From Alphaproteobacteria bacterium (lineage in GTDB: Bacteria > Pseudomonadota > Alphaproteobacteria > CALKHQ01), in NCBI GenBank assembly GCA_965227515.1, contig CBDDFZ010000001.1:3968001-4032000 (forward strand): DNA of 64,000 nucleotides, written 5' to 3'. The notes under the pieces were generated by a model that made no database searches, was not told the DNA's origin, and saw nothing but the letters and a program-made list of their open reading frames with translations. Within the stretch, counting starts at the first letter, position 1; the number at the start of each line of letters is the position of its first letter. Position numbers and translations under genes: made by a program. Positions 40,730-50,022 of this stretch are shown here, one piece after another.

Positions 40730-43138
40730 ATGCAACGCCGACGCCCCGTCCTGAACGCCCTAGCCATTTCCTGCGCGCTGTGGAGCCTGCCGCTGTCCGC
40801 GAGCGCGCAGTCGGAGGACGAGACCGAGCGTTATGCGTTGGTGATCGGCAATGGCTCGTACACAGCGCTTCCGTCGCTACCGTCCGCCAGCGCCGATGCC
40901 GCCACCGCGGCCACCACGCTGCGCGATGCAGGTTTCGAGGTGACGGAGCTGCTGAACGTGACCCAGGGCGATTTCCTGGCCGCCAACCAGCGTTTCGTCA
41001 CCTCCATCGACGACGACGACATCGTCTTCTACTACTTCTCCGGCCACGCCCTTCAGTTCAACGGCAACAACTTCCTGCTGCCCAGCAACGTGCGCATCGA
41101 TGGCGCCACCAGCCTGCTGACGGCGGGCGTACCGCTGTCGTCGGTGGTGCGTCAGTTGTCGGGCACAGGCGCGCGCGAGATCTACGTGGTGATCGAGGCC
41201 GGCGCCCAGATCGACCTGGTGGCCAGCGGCGACATCTCCCCCGGATTGGCCGTGCCCCGCCCCTCGGACGCGCCGGTGATGTACATGTTCTCCGCTGCGC
41301 CGGGCGCGGTGCGGCAGGCGCCGGCCGACCCGCTGGCCGAGTTCACCACTCTGTTGTTCGAAACCCTGGCGGTGCCGGGCACCAGCGTCGAAGACGCGAT
41401 GGCGGAAGTGCTGGCCGCCGCGGAGTCGGGCGGAGCGACCCCGCCCCCCTGGTTCCGCAACGGGATCGAGATGCCGCTGGTGCTGTTCGAAGGCCAGGAC
41501 GAACCGCCCCTGCCGCCGCCGACCGAACTGACCGCCGAAGAGCAGATGTGGCAGCGCATCAACGAGCTGGAAGACCAGTCGATGCTGCCGACCCTGCTGC
41601 AGTCGTACCTGCTGCTTTATCCCGATGGCGAATTCGCCGCCGACGCCGTGGCCCGGCTGGCGGCCCTGGAGCAGGCGGCTGCGGACGGCCCCGACAACAC
41701 CGGTAACGACACGCCCGACGACACACCCAACCAGGCCCCTGAGATGGTGGAGCCGAACCCGCTGTCGATCTGGGAAGGCGCCTCAGAGGTCGCCTTCATC
41801 ATGCCCGAGCCGACCGACCCGGATGGCGACCCGCTGCAGGTGGAGATCATCGACCTGCCCGAACTGGTCGACGTGGCGACCGACACCGGGCCGCTGAGCG
41901 AAGGCGAAGTGCTGGACGTGGATGTGCTGAGCACGCTGATCGTCTCCGCCGCCGACGGCACCAGCGGCAGCGACGAATTCGTCATCCGCGTGGTCGACCC
42001 GGATGGCGCCTCGGTGGCCGCGACCCTGCACATCACGGTGGAGGGTCGGCCCAACCGGCCGCCCATCGCTTTCGATTCCGATCCGATCGAGCTTCCGGCG
42101 GACGGCGATCCGGTCGCGCTCAATTTCGCCACGCCGACCGATCCGGACGACGACGCGCTGGCGATCACTGTCACCGAGCTGCCGAGCGCGGGCACGGTGG
42201 CGCTGCCGAGCGGCGAACTGGCCCTGTTCGACGTGATCTGGGTCTCCGACCTCGGCGAGCTGACCTACGCGCCGGATGGCGAGACCGTCGGCCCGGTCGG
42301 TCGGCTGGCACTGTCGGTCGCCGATGGCTACGACGGCGTCGCGACGATGGCGGTGGAGATATCCCTGACCGAGCCGGAGGTGCCGGACGGCCCGCCGGTG
42401 GCCGAGATTACCGAGGTCGGGGCCGAGCTGTGGTCGATCGCGGCGACCACCCGCGACGACCGCATCCAGTTGCAGCGGGCTCTGGGCGCCATCGGCTTCT
42501 ACGACGGCGCGCTGGACGGCATTCTGGGCCGCCAGTCGCAGGAAGGCATTGCCGCCTATCAGGCCACCATCGATGCCGAGCCGACCGGTGAACTCACCAA
42601 CCGCCAGCGCGCAATGCTGTCGGTCGACGCCGCGAAAGCGGTGGCGGCCGAGGCGGAGGCGACGGCGGCCGCGGCACGCGATGCCCGCGACCGCACCCTG
42701 GAGGTGCTGGAGACCGACGACATCGTCGAGATCCCGTTCGTCGGCGGGTCCTATCGCGGCCAGGCCGACGATCAGGGCTTGAACGGCCTGGGCACCCTGG
42801 AGGCCGGCAACGGCCAGAGCTTCACCGGCGAGTTCCGCGACAACGAGCCGGTCATCGGCGTGCACGCCTTCGATAATGGCGACCGCTACGAAGGCATGGA
42901 AGCGGCGCGCAAGCCCGAGGGGCTGGGCGTCTGGTACTACGCGAACGGCATCGTCTATTCCGGGGAGTGGGAGGACGGGCGGATCAGCGGGCTTGGCGTC
43001 AACACGTCGCCGGGCGGGGTCGTGATCAGCGGCCTTTGGTCGGCCAACCGGCCGGCCGGCTTCGGCGGCGTCACCGACGCCAATGGGCTGACCCGCTATG
43101 GCCTGCTGGAAGGCGACCGCTTCCTGGTCCTGTACTGA
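40730..43138 (+). CDS. Exported caspase-like (C14) multidomain protein: pseudo-caspase + 2 Ig/cadherin-like repeats + peptidoglycan-binding domain + MORN repeats
   Basis: Signal peptide; RYALVIGNGSY; FSGHA (His kept) but IEAG in place of LDAC; two PTDPDxD repeats; LQRALGAIGFYDGALDGILG; YSGEWEDGRISGLG-type repeats. Confidence 0.8.
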   Translation: MQRRRPVLNALAISCALWSLPLSASAQSEDETERYALVIGNGSYTALPSLPSASADAATAATTLRDAGFEVTELLNVTQGDFLAANQRFVTSIDDDDIVFYYFSGHALQFNGNNFLLPSNVRIDGATSLLTAGVPLSSVVRQLSGTGAREIYVVIEAGAQIDLVASGDISPGLAVPRPSDAPVMYMFSAAPGAVRQAPADPLAEFTTLLFETLAVPGTSVEDAMAEVLAAAESGGATPPPWFRNGIEMPLVLFEGQDEPPLPPPTELTAEEQMWQRINELEDQSMLPTLLQSYLLLYPDGEFAADAVARLAALEQAAADGPDNTGNDTPDDTPNQAPEMVEPNPLSIWEGASEVAFIMPEPTDPDGDPLQVEIIDLPELVDVATDTGPLSEGEVLDVDVLSTLIVSAADGTSGSDEFVIRVVDPDGASVAATLHITVEGRPNRPPIAFDSDPIELPADGDPVALNFATPTDPDDDALAITVTELPSAGTVALPSGELALFDVIWVSDLGELTYAPDGETVGPVGRLALSVADGYDGVATMAVEISLTEPEVPDGPPVAEITEVGAELWSIAATTRDDRIQLQRALGAIGFYDGALDGILGRQSQEGIAAYQATIDAEPTGELTNRQRAMLSVDAAKAVAAEAEATAAAARDARDRTLEVLETDDIVEIPFVGGSYRGQADDQGLNGLGTLEAGNGQSFTGEFRDNEPVIGVHAFDNGDRYEGMEAARKPEGLGVWYYANGIVYSGEWEDGRISGLGVNTSPGGVVISGLWSANRPAGFGGVTDANGLTRYGLLEGDRFLVLY

Positions 43139-43150
43139 CCGGCGCATGCC

Positions 43151-43696
43151 ATGCCACCGGCGCCGCTGACCCATCGGCTGGCCACCCGGGATGACCTGCC
43201 GGCGTTGAAGGCCCTGATGGACGCGGCCATCGACGTGCTGCAGTCCGACTACCTGACGCCGGCGCAGATCGCATCGAGCCGCGCGATCATGGGCCTGGAC
43301 ACCCAGCTGATCGACGATGGCACCTATTTCGTGGTCGAGGCCGGCAGCGCCATCGCCGGTTGCGGCGGCTGGAGCCGACGGGCGACGCTCTATGGCTCAA
43401 ACGCCACGCCCGGCCGCGATGCCGCCTTGCTGGACCCGGCAACCGATGCCGCGCGGGTGCGCGCGATGTACACCCATCCGGACCACACACGTCGCGGCGT
43501 CGGCCGCATGATCCTGAGCCTCTGCGAGGCGGCGGTCCGGGCCGAAGGCTTCGTACGGGCGGAACTGATGGGCACCATGGCTGGCGCGCCGCTCTATCGC
43601 GCCTGCGGCTTCGAGGTCGTCGAGGAAGTGGTCAGCGACGTCGGCGGCACCCCGGTGCCGTTGGTCCGCATGCAAAAGGCGCTATCCCCGACATAG
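43151..43696 (+). CDS. GNAT family N-acetyltransferase
   Basis: RAMYTHPDHTRRGVG (acetyl-CoA motif), PLYRACGF. Confidence 0.85.
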   Translation: MPPAPLTHRLATRDDLPALKALMDAAIDVLQSDYLTPAQIASSRAIMGLDTQLIDDGTYFVVEAGSAIAGCGGWSRRATLYGSNATPGRDAALLDPATDAARVRAMYTHPDHTRRGVGRMILSLCEAAVRAEGFVRAELMGTMAGAPLYRACGFEVVEEVVSDVGGTPVPLVRMQKALSPT

Positions 43697-43767
43697 GCGC
43701 CCGCCGTAAGCGCCCGACGTGAGCAATGGATACGAAGTTTTAACCGAGACTGCGCTTCTCTGCGCCC

Positions 43768-44499
43768 ATGGGAAGCGCCGCGCACGCCATTTCCGACGAG
43801 ATTTCCGTGCTGATCCTGGCCGGTGGCCGGGGCACACGCTTGCGTCCAGCGACCGGCGCGGTACCGAAACCGATCGTCCCCGTTGCCGGCCGCCCCTTCC
43901 TCGACCACCTGCTCGACCAGGTCCGCGCCGCCGGCTTCGACCGGGTCACCCTGGGCGTCGGCTATGGCGCCAGCGCCGTGGAGCAGACCATCGGACAGGC
44001 GCGCCGCGGCCTGGACATCCACTACGCCTACGAGACCCAGCCACTGGGGACGGCAGGCGCCATCCGCAACGCGCTCGATGTCTGCCAGGCGCCGGAAATC
44101 CTGGTGCTGAATGGCGATTCCTACTGCGACATCGATCTCGCAGAATTCGTCGCCGCGCACCGGGAGCGCGGCACCCCGGCGTCTATGGTCCTCGTCGAGT
44201 GCCCCGACCGGTCGCGGTTCGGCGGCACCGATACCGACCCGCAAGGCCAGGTGATCGCCTTTCATGAAAAGCGCGAGAACGCGGGACCGGGCCTGATCAA
44301 CGCCGGCATCTACCTGCTGGCCCGGCGCGACATCGCGGCGTGGCCGGACGTCCCGCTTTCCCTGGAACACGACATCCTGCCCGACCTGATCGAACAAGGA
44401 CTGTTCGGCTGGCAGGCAGACGCGGACTTCATCGATATCGGCACGCCGGAAAGCTACGGCCGTGCCCAGACATTCTTTGCAAGCGAGGCAGCGGCGTGA
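43768..44499 (+). CDS. hddC: Nucleotidyltransferase, likely D-glycero-alpha-D-manno-heptose 1-phosphate guanylyltransferase
   Basis: ILAGGRGTRL, PKP, PLGTAGA, LNGDSY, FIDIGTPE; operon with an hddA-like kinase. Confidence 0.75.
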   Translation: MGSAAHAISDEISVLILAGGRGTRLRPATGAVPKPIVPVAGRPFLDHLLDQVRAAGFDRVTLGVGYGASAVEQTIGQARRGLDIHYAYETQPLGTAGAIRNALDVCQAPEILVLNGDSYCDIDLAEFVAAHRERGTPASMVLVECPDRSRFGGTDTDPQGQVIAFHEKRENAGPGLINAGIYLLARRDIAAWPDVPLSLEHDILPDLIEQGLFGWQADADFIDIGTPESYGRAQTFFASEAAA

Positions 44500-45497
44500 A
44501 CATTCTCATCACTGGCATCACCGGCATGGTGGGCAGCCATCTGGCCGAATTCGTGCTCCGCGAGCACCCCGAGGCCCGTGTGCACGGCCTGATCCGCTGG
44601 CGCAGCCCGCGCACCAACATCGCCGGTATCGAGAGCCAGGTGACGCTGCACCAGGGCGACCTGCGCGACCTGGCGAGCCTGATCCACGTGATGCGGACGG
44701 TGCGCCCGGACCGCATCTTCCACCTCGCCGCCCAGTCCTATGTCGACCAGAGCTTCGTCGCCCCGGCCGACACCCTGCACAGCAACGTCATCGGCACCAC
44801 CAACCTGCTGGACGCGGTGCGGATCGCCGGCCTCGAGAGCCGCATCCACATCTGCTCGTCGTCGGAGGTCTACGGCCAGGTCACCGAGGACGAGGTGCCG
44901 ATCCGCGAGACCAACGTGCTGCGCCCCGCCAGCCCCTATGCCGTCTCCAAGGTCGGCGAGGACATGGTCGCGTTCCAGTACGGCATCTCCTACGGCATGC
45001 ATATCGTGCGCACCCGCATGTTCACCCACACCGGCCCGCGCCGCGGCGACGTGTTCGCCGAGAGCGCCTTCGCCAAGCAGATCGCGGAGATCGAGGCCGG
45101 CGTGCGCCATGGCCCGGTCAAGGTCGGCAACCTGGACAGCGTGCGCACCATCGCCGACGTGCGCGACACGGTGCGCGCCTACTGGATGCTGCTGGAGAAG
45201 TGCCCGCCGGGCGAGGTCTACAACATCGGCGGCAACGAGGTTGCGACGGTCGGCGAGATCCTGGAGATGCTGAAGTCGATGGCGCGGGTGCCGATCCAGC
45301 ACGAGGTCGATCCGGCCCGCCTGCGCCCGTCCGACGTGACGCTGCAAATCCCCTGCATCGACAAGTTCCAGCAGGCGACCGGTTGGGCGCCGCAGATCTC
45401 GATGCGCCAGACCATGTCCGACCTGCTCGACTATCACCGCGCGCGCCTCGGCACGCTGGACGCGCCCACCGCCGCGCCGTTGCTGAAGGCAAGCTGA
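44496..45497 (+). CDS. GDP-sugar 4,6-dehydratase (DmhA/WcbK-like, GDP-manno-heptose)
   Basis: GTG start overlapping the hddC stop; ITGITGMVGSH, HLAAQSYV, SPYAVSK, RMFTHTGPRRGDVFAES, RPSDV. Confidence 0.8.
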   Translation: MNILITGITGMVGSHLAEFVLREHPEARVHGLIRWRSPRTNIAGIESQVTLHQGDLRDLASLIHVMRTVRPDRIFHLAAQSYVDQSFVAPADTLHSNVIGTTNLLDAVRIAGLESRIHICSSSEVYGQVTEDEVPIRETNVLRPASPYAVSKVGEDMVAFQYGISYGMHIVRTRMFTHTGPRRGDVFAESAFAKQIAEIEAGVRHGPVKVGNLDSVRTIADVRDTVRAYWMLLEKCPPGEVYNIGGNEVATVGEILEMLKSMARVPIQHEVDPARLRPSDVTLQIPCIDKFQQATGWAPQISMRQTMSDLLDYHRARLGTLDAPTAAPLLKAS

Positions 45498-46543
45498 TGC
45501 CGATCGTCATTTCCCGCACGCCCTACCGGGTGTCGTTCTTCGGCGGTGGGTCGGATTACCCGGCCTGGTACCTGCGCGAAGGCGGGGCGGTGCTGTCCAC
45601 CAGCATCGACAAGTACTGCTATCTGAGCTGCCGCCAGTTGCCGCCCTTTTTCAACAACCGGCACCGGGTGATCTGGAAACACATCGAGCAGGTCAATTCG
45701 ATCCACGAGATCCTGCACCCCGCCGTGCGCGAGTGCCTGTTGCACCTGGGCTTCACCGACGACGTCGGCCTGGAGATCCAGTACCAGGGCGACCTGCCGG
45801 CGCGCAGCGGCATGGGATCGAGCTCCGCGTTCGCGGTCGGCCTGATCAACTCCCTGCTCACCCTGCGCGGCGAAGCCGTCGACCAGCACACGCTGGGGCT
45901 GAAGGCGATCGAGCTGGAGCAGACGGTGATGGGCGACCCGGTCGGCAGCCAGGACCAGATGGCCGCCGCCGTCGGCGGGCTGAACGTCATCCGCTTCCGC
46001 AAGACCGGCACCATCGACATCGAGCCGGTGCGGCTGGCCGGCGGGCGGCGCCGCGCGTTGGAAAACCGGCTGATGCTGTTCTACACCGGCACCAGCCGGC
46101 TGGGCGCGAAGGTCGCCAAGAACGTGATCGACAGCCTGTCGGTGCGCGAGCGCACCATCCGCAAGATGCACGACATGGTCGACATCGCCCGCGACGTCAT
46201 CGCCGGCGGGGACCTGGACGATTTCGGCCGGATGCTCGACGAGACCTGGCAACTGAAGCGGTCGATCGCGAGTTCCGTGTCGACCCCGCTGGTCGACGAC
46301 ATCTACCAGACCGCGCGCAGCGAGGGCGCACTGGGCGGCAAGCTGCTCGGCGCCGGCAATTCCGGCTTCATGATGTTCTACGTGCCCTGCGAGCACCGCA
46401 AGGCGGTGTCGCACGCACTGCGCCACTTCCTGGAAGTGCCGTTCCGGTTCGAGCGCACCGGCACCAGCATCATCCACAATTCCGAGGGCGCGCTCGACAT
46501 GAACGAGGCGCTGGACCGCGGCAGCGCCGTCGCCGCGGCGTGA
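45497..46543 (+). CDS. hddA: GHMP kinase, D-glycero-alpha-D-manno-heptose 7-phosphate kinase
   Basis: RTPYRVSFFGGGSD, LPARSGMGSSS, GSQDQ, GGKLLGAG. TGATG coupling to the upstream gene. Confidence 0.8.
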   Translation: MPIVISRTPYRVSFFGGGSDYPAWYLREGGAVLSTSIDKYCYLSCRQLPPFFNNRHRVIWKHIEQVNSIHEILHPAVRECLLHLGFTDDVGLEIQYQGDLPARSGMGSSSAFAVGLINSLLTLRGEAVDQHTLGLKAIELEQTVMGDPVGSQDQMAAAVGGLNVIRFRKTGTIDIEPVRLAGGRRRALENRLMLFYTGTSRLGAKVAKNVIDSLSVRERTIRKMHDMVDIARDVIAGGDLDDFGRMLDETWQLKRSIASSVSTPLVDDIYQTARSEGALGGKLLGAGNSGFMMFYVPCEHRKAVSHALRHFLEVPFRFERTGTSIIHNSEGALDMNEALDRGSAVAAA

Positions 46544-46566
46544 CCGCGAAGCCATGCTAGCCGGGT

Positions 46567-47160
46567 ATGGCCACCATGCCTGACGATCAGCACGCCAAGA
46601 GCCGCAGTATCGCCTTCCAGACCCCCTGGTTCACCATCCAGTCGGTGCCGGCGACGGCGGACGGGCGCGGCGAGTATTACACCTATGATTCCGGCGACGG
46701 CGTGGTCGCGTTGCCGATGACCCCGGACGGCGCCTTCCTGATGGTGGAGCAGTACCGCCCGCCGCTCGGCGCGCTGACGCTGGAGTTTCCGGCCGGCGAG
46801 CTGGACCCCGGAGAGACCGAGGTGACGGCGGCCGCGCGCGAGACCCTGGAAGAGACCGGCCATGTCTGCGAACACTGGCAGTTGCTTTCGCCGGCGCGCA
46901 CGCTGCTGAACCGCTCGTCCCACCGCGAGTTCTTCGTCCTCGGCATCAACGCCCGACCGGTCTCGGATTGGACGCCCGAGGAGGACGTTCGCCCGCGGAT
47001 ATTGTCGCGGCGCTATCTGGCCGAGCGCATCCGCGGCGATATGTTCGAGCACACCATGGCGCTGGCCGCGTTCACCATCGCACGCGAGAAGCTCGGCATC
47101 GACCTGCTGCACGACGACCCCCAGACCATCGCCGCCGCGATCCGGGCAAACGCCGGATAG
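46567..47160 (+). CDS. Nudix hydrolase (NDP-sugar pyrophosphatase-like)
   Basis: Nudix box GELDPGETEVTAAARETLEETG; QYRPP..LEFPAG. Confidence 0.85.
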   Translation: MATMPDDQHAKSRSIAFQTPWFTIQSVPATADGRGEYYTYDSGDGVVALPMTPDGAFLMVEQYRPPLGALTLEFPAGELDPGETEVTAAARETLEETGHVCEHWQLLSPARTLLNRSSHREFFVLGINARPVSDWTPEEDVRPRILSRRYLAERIRGDMFEHTMALAAFTIAREKLGIDLLHDDPQTIAAAIRANAG

Positions 47161-47220
47161 CGGGGTGCATCGGCCGCCCCCGTGCGTTAGCCTGACGCTC
47201 CAAAGCATTCGGGGGAAAGC

Positions 47221-48390
47221 ATGCAAATTGGGGAGTCTCTTTGCGCCGGCGCGGTCGGCGCTGCGCTTGTCTGCATGCCACTGACGGCCACGGCCTTCGA
47301 ATTGACGACGGCACTGCCCGGCGACGATCGCTTCACCGGTATCGCGACGATGGCCAACGGCGACCTTGTGGCCGTCGGCAGCATCGACATCGAGGGCGAT
47401 TGGCACGGCCGCATCGTGCGCCTGGACGGCGACGGCAATGTGGTCTGGGAGCAGTCGATGAACGTCGGCGACGACTGGGACCGCTTCAGCGACGTCACGG
47501 CCCTGCCCGATGGCGGCATCGTCGCCGTGGGCACCGCGCGCGTCGGCGGGCAGGATCATGGCTGGGCCGTGAAGCTGAGGGCCGACGGCTCGTTCAACTG
47601 GGAACGCACCCTCGGCGATATCGACCGCGGACTGAGCTCGCTGGCATCGGTCGTTGTCGATGACGACGGCTCGCTAGTGATCGGCGGTTATGCGGCGGGC
47701 GAGGACGGCAGCGGCGATGACGGGTGGGTCGTCCGGCTGGATGCCAACGGCCTCTATGTCAGCCAAACCAAGGTGCACCACGAGGGCCAGGACGAGATCA
47801 AGGCCATCACGCTCTTGCCCGATGGCGCCGTCGCCTTTGCCGGCCAGGCTGACGCAACCAACGAGCGGACCGGCCTGGTCGGCGTGATCGATGCGTCCGG
47901 CGAACTGGCCTGGAAGCAGGCCATCGGCAAGGGCCGCGGCACGGCGTTCTGGGGCATCGTCGCATTGGCGGACGGCACGCTGGTGACCGCCGGCGCGGCG
48001 CGGGCCGACAATGGCGACCGCAACGGCCTCGTGGTCGGTCTTAGCGCGGATGGCGAGCCGGTATGGAACAGTTTCCTGCCCGGCGACGGCACCGCCGCCC
48101 TGCTCGACTTGGCGTCCAATCGCACGGATGGCCTGTTCAAACCAGCCGGTCTGGTCGGGGTCGGTTGGACCTATGCCAACGACAGCGCTCTGCAGGGCTG
48201 GATTATCGCGCTCGACAGCGCGGGCGCAATGACCTGGCAGGAAACGTTTGGCGGCCCCGGCAACGGCCGGTTCTCGGCCATCGCCCCCCTCGGCGACGCA
48301 TCGCTGGTGGCCGCCGGCGCCACGGACGGCGAAGGCCCTTCAAATGAAGAAGATGGCTGGATACTGACGCTGCCCGCGACGCGGGAATAG
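47221..48390 (+). CDS. Exported beta-propeller repeat protein
   Basis: Signal peptide; about seven repeats of the type DGxxVxxG...GW(V/I)VxLDxxGxxxW. Confidence 0.75.
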   Translation: MQIGESLCAGAVGAALVCMPLTATAFELTTALPGDDRFTGIATMANGDLVAVGSIDIEGDWHGRIVRLDGDGNVVWEQSMNVGDDWDRFSDVTALPDGGIVAVGTARVGGQDHGWAVKLRADGSFNWERTLGDIDRGLSSLASVVVDDDGSLVIGGYAAGEDGSGDDGWVVRLDANGLYVSQTKVHHEGQDEIKAITLLPDGAVAFAGQADATNERTGLVGVIDASGELAWKQAIGKGRGTAFWGIVALADGTLVTAGAARADNGDRNGLVVGLSADGEPVWNSFLPGDGTAALLDLASNRTDGLFKPAGLVGVGWTYANDSALQGWIIALDSAGAMTWQETFGGPGNGRFSAIAPLGDASLVAAGATDGEGPSNEEDGWILTLPATRE

Positions 48391-48438
48391 CGGGCACGCG
48401 ATCTTCAATAATGCACTTCGTCGCCCTCGCGCTTGTCG

Positions 48439-48705
48439 CCAACACACAATCGTCATCCTCGCCCTTGTGGAGAGGATCCATTTATGTCCAAACTATCAAT
48501 GGTTTATGGGATTTGCACCGGCCGAGGGCGATCGACTGATTGTCAATGTGCCGCGCAGGCGATGCGCACACTAGGCTCGTTTCGAGACCTTGCCCATGAA
48601 TGGGTCCTCGCCACAAGGGCGAGGACGACAACTTCTTTTTTGTCTTAGCGCGTAGCCTGTTTGGAACGAAGTGGAACCCGGGTTTCGCTCCGCTCCACCC
48701 AGGCT
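48439..48705. repeat. 267-bp composite repeat, copy 1 (REPIN-like inverted-repeat element + GTAG-REP doublet), interrupted at its end by the IS
   Basis: Gap-free alignment to 50176-50442 with 9 mismatches by manual count. Confidence 0.9.
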
Positions 48706-48754
48706 TCTGTAACGGGCCATTGTTGGTCAATCCCTTTTTCGTCGTCCCGGCGCC

Positions 48755-48905
48755 TGGGTCATGCTTCTGTACGGGGTCGGCGCACGGCCGCCACCAAGAT
48801 GGATATGCGAGGATCGGTCGGTCCAATCTACGGAAGCGTGCTCTCGTGCGAGGCGACATCCTGGATGGCGGCCTGACCTGATCCATCGTCCCGGCGCGGG
48901 ACGGC
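48755..48905 (-). ncRNA. Putative bridge/seek RNA of the IS1111-type element
   Basis: 5' hairpin 48887-48903; loop closed by 48811-24/48870-84 carrying matches to the target; second loop carrying matches to the circle junction. Boundaries approximate. Confidence 0.65.
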
Positions 48906-48978
48906 GCTTGACGGGCCGGTGTCTGCGCCCGCCGAAGCTCGTGTGCTGGTTCTCCCTATGCGGCGGTCGTCTTTGCCA

Positions 48979-50022
48979 TTAGGCCGCTGCCATCGCCGGG
49001 CGCACCGGTCCGGCATGGTTGAACGCGGTGCCGTCAACCCACATCCGGTGCATGATCACGGCCAGCCGGCGCGCCAGCGCGACCTTCGCCTTCCTCATGC
49101 CGGCTCGCCTGGCCAGCTTCATCGCCCAGCTCTTCAACCACCCGCCCTTGATCGGCCGGGTCAGGATTACGTGCGCCGCCTCGTAAAGCGCTGCACGCAC
49201 GTCCGCATCGCCCACCTTCGAGATCCGCCCCGTCATCTCGCTCTCGCCCGACTGGCGCTTGGTCGGCGTCAGGCCGAAGTGCGCCCCCACCAGGCGCGAC
49301 GAGGCAAACCGCCCGGGGTCGTCCACTCCCGACAAGTAGGTCAGTCCGACAATGCTCCCCACGCCCGGCACCGTCATCAGCAGGCGAGCGCGATCGTCCG
49401 CCTGCGATGCCGCTCGGACCTGCCGGTCCAGCGCCGTGAACGATAGCAACAGGCCATCGCGTGCCGACAGCAGCGCCCCCGCCACCGCCTCCAGTACCGG
49501 ATGCCCCGCCACAAGCTCCGAAATACGTGTCGAAAAGCTGCGCCTGGTGGTGTGCCCTACCTTCAGCCCGAAGTTCCGCAGCTGACCACGAAGGTGCATC
49601 TCAAGATCGTGCAGCTTCGCGCGGAGCTGGTCGCGACCCTTCAAAAGGGCCCGCATCTCCTGGGCCGCCAAAGACTTGCAGTGAACCGGCCGAAACCAGC
49701 CCACACGCATCAGCTGAGCAATCCCGCGTGCGTCCGAGCGGTCCGACTTCACCGGCATCGTCGAAAGGGCTCGCGCAACATGACGCGTCTCCAGCAACTC
49801 AACCGAAAGACCGCCCTCGCTACATCCCCGCACAAGCCATTGCGACAACGGCCCCGCCTCAAGACCAATCCGCTCAACCGAAATCCCCAAAGACCCAAAC
49901 CACAACAACAAACCCGCCGGCGTGCTCGCAATACGAGCCTCGCAGACAATCCCGCCCGCGCCGTCAACAACGCACACCGATGACCATTCCAAAGAAACGT
50001 CAATCCCGGCATAGTAGTTCAT
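48979..50022 (-). CDS. IS110-family DEDD recombinase/transposase
   Basis: YAGIDVS, GLEAG, KSDRSDA (DEDD); LMTVPGVG, RQSG (catalytic Ser), GRISKVGD, VALARRL. RBS GAGGAGA. Confidence 0.95.
   Translation of the reverse strand: MNYYAGIDVSLEWSSVCVVDGAGGIVCEARIASTPAGLLLWFGSLGISVERIGLEAGPLSQWLVRGCSEGGLSVELLETRHVARALSTMPVKSDRSDARGIAQLMRVGWFRPVHCKSLAAQEMRALLKGRDQLRAKLHDLEMHLRGQLRNFGLKVGHTTRRSFSTRISELVAGHPVLEAVAGALLSARDGLLLSFTALDRQVRAASQADDRARLLMTVPGVGSIVGLTYLSGVDDPGRFASSRLVGAHFGLTPTKRQSGESEMTGRISKVGDADVRAALYEAAHVILTRPIKGGWLKSWAMKLARRAGMRKAKVALARRLAVIMHRMWVDGTAFNHAGPVRPAMAAA

Noticed and set aside
44462-46543. Apparent 693-aa kinase fusion
   Set aside because: The N-terminal half overlaps the dehydratase in another frame. 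The real kinase starts at the TGATG junction (45497).
47221-48390. Beta-propeller protein or the GNAT (43151-43696) as T6SS effector/immunity
   Set aside because: Both lie outside the cluster. The propeller has a Sec signal peptide, and neither shows a toxin motif or a paired partner gene.
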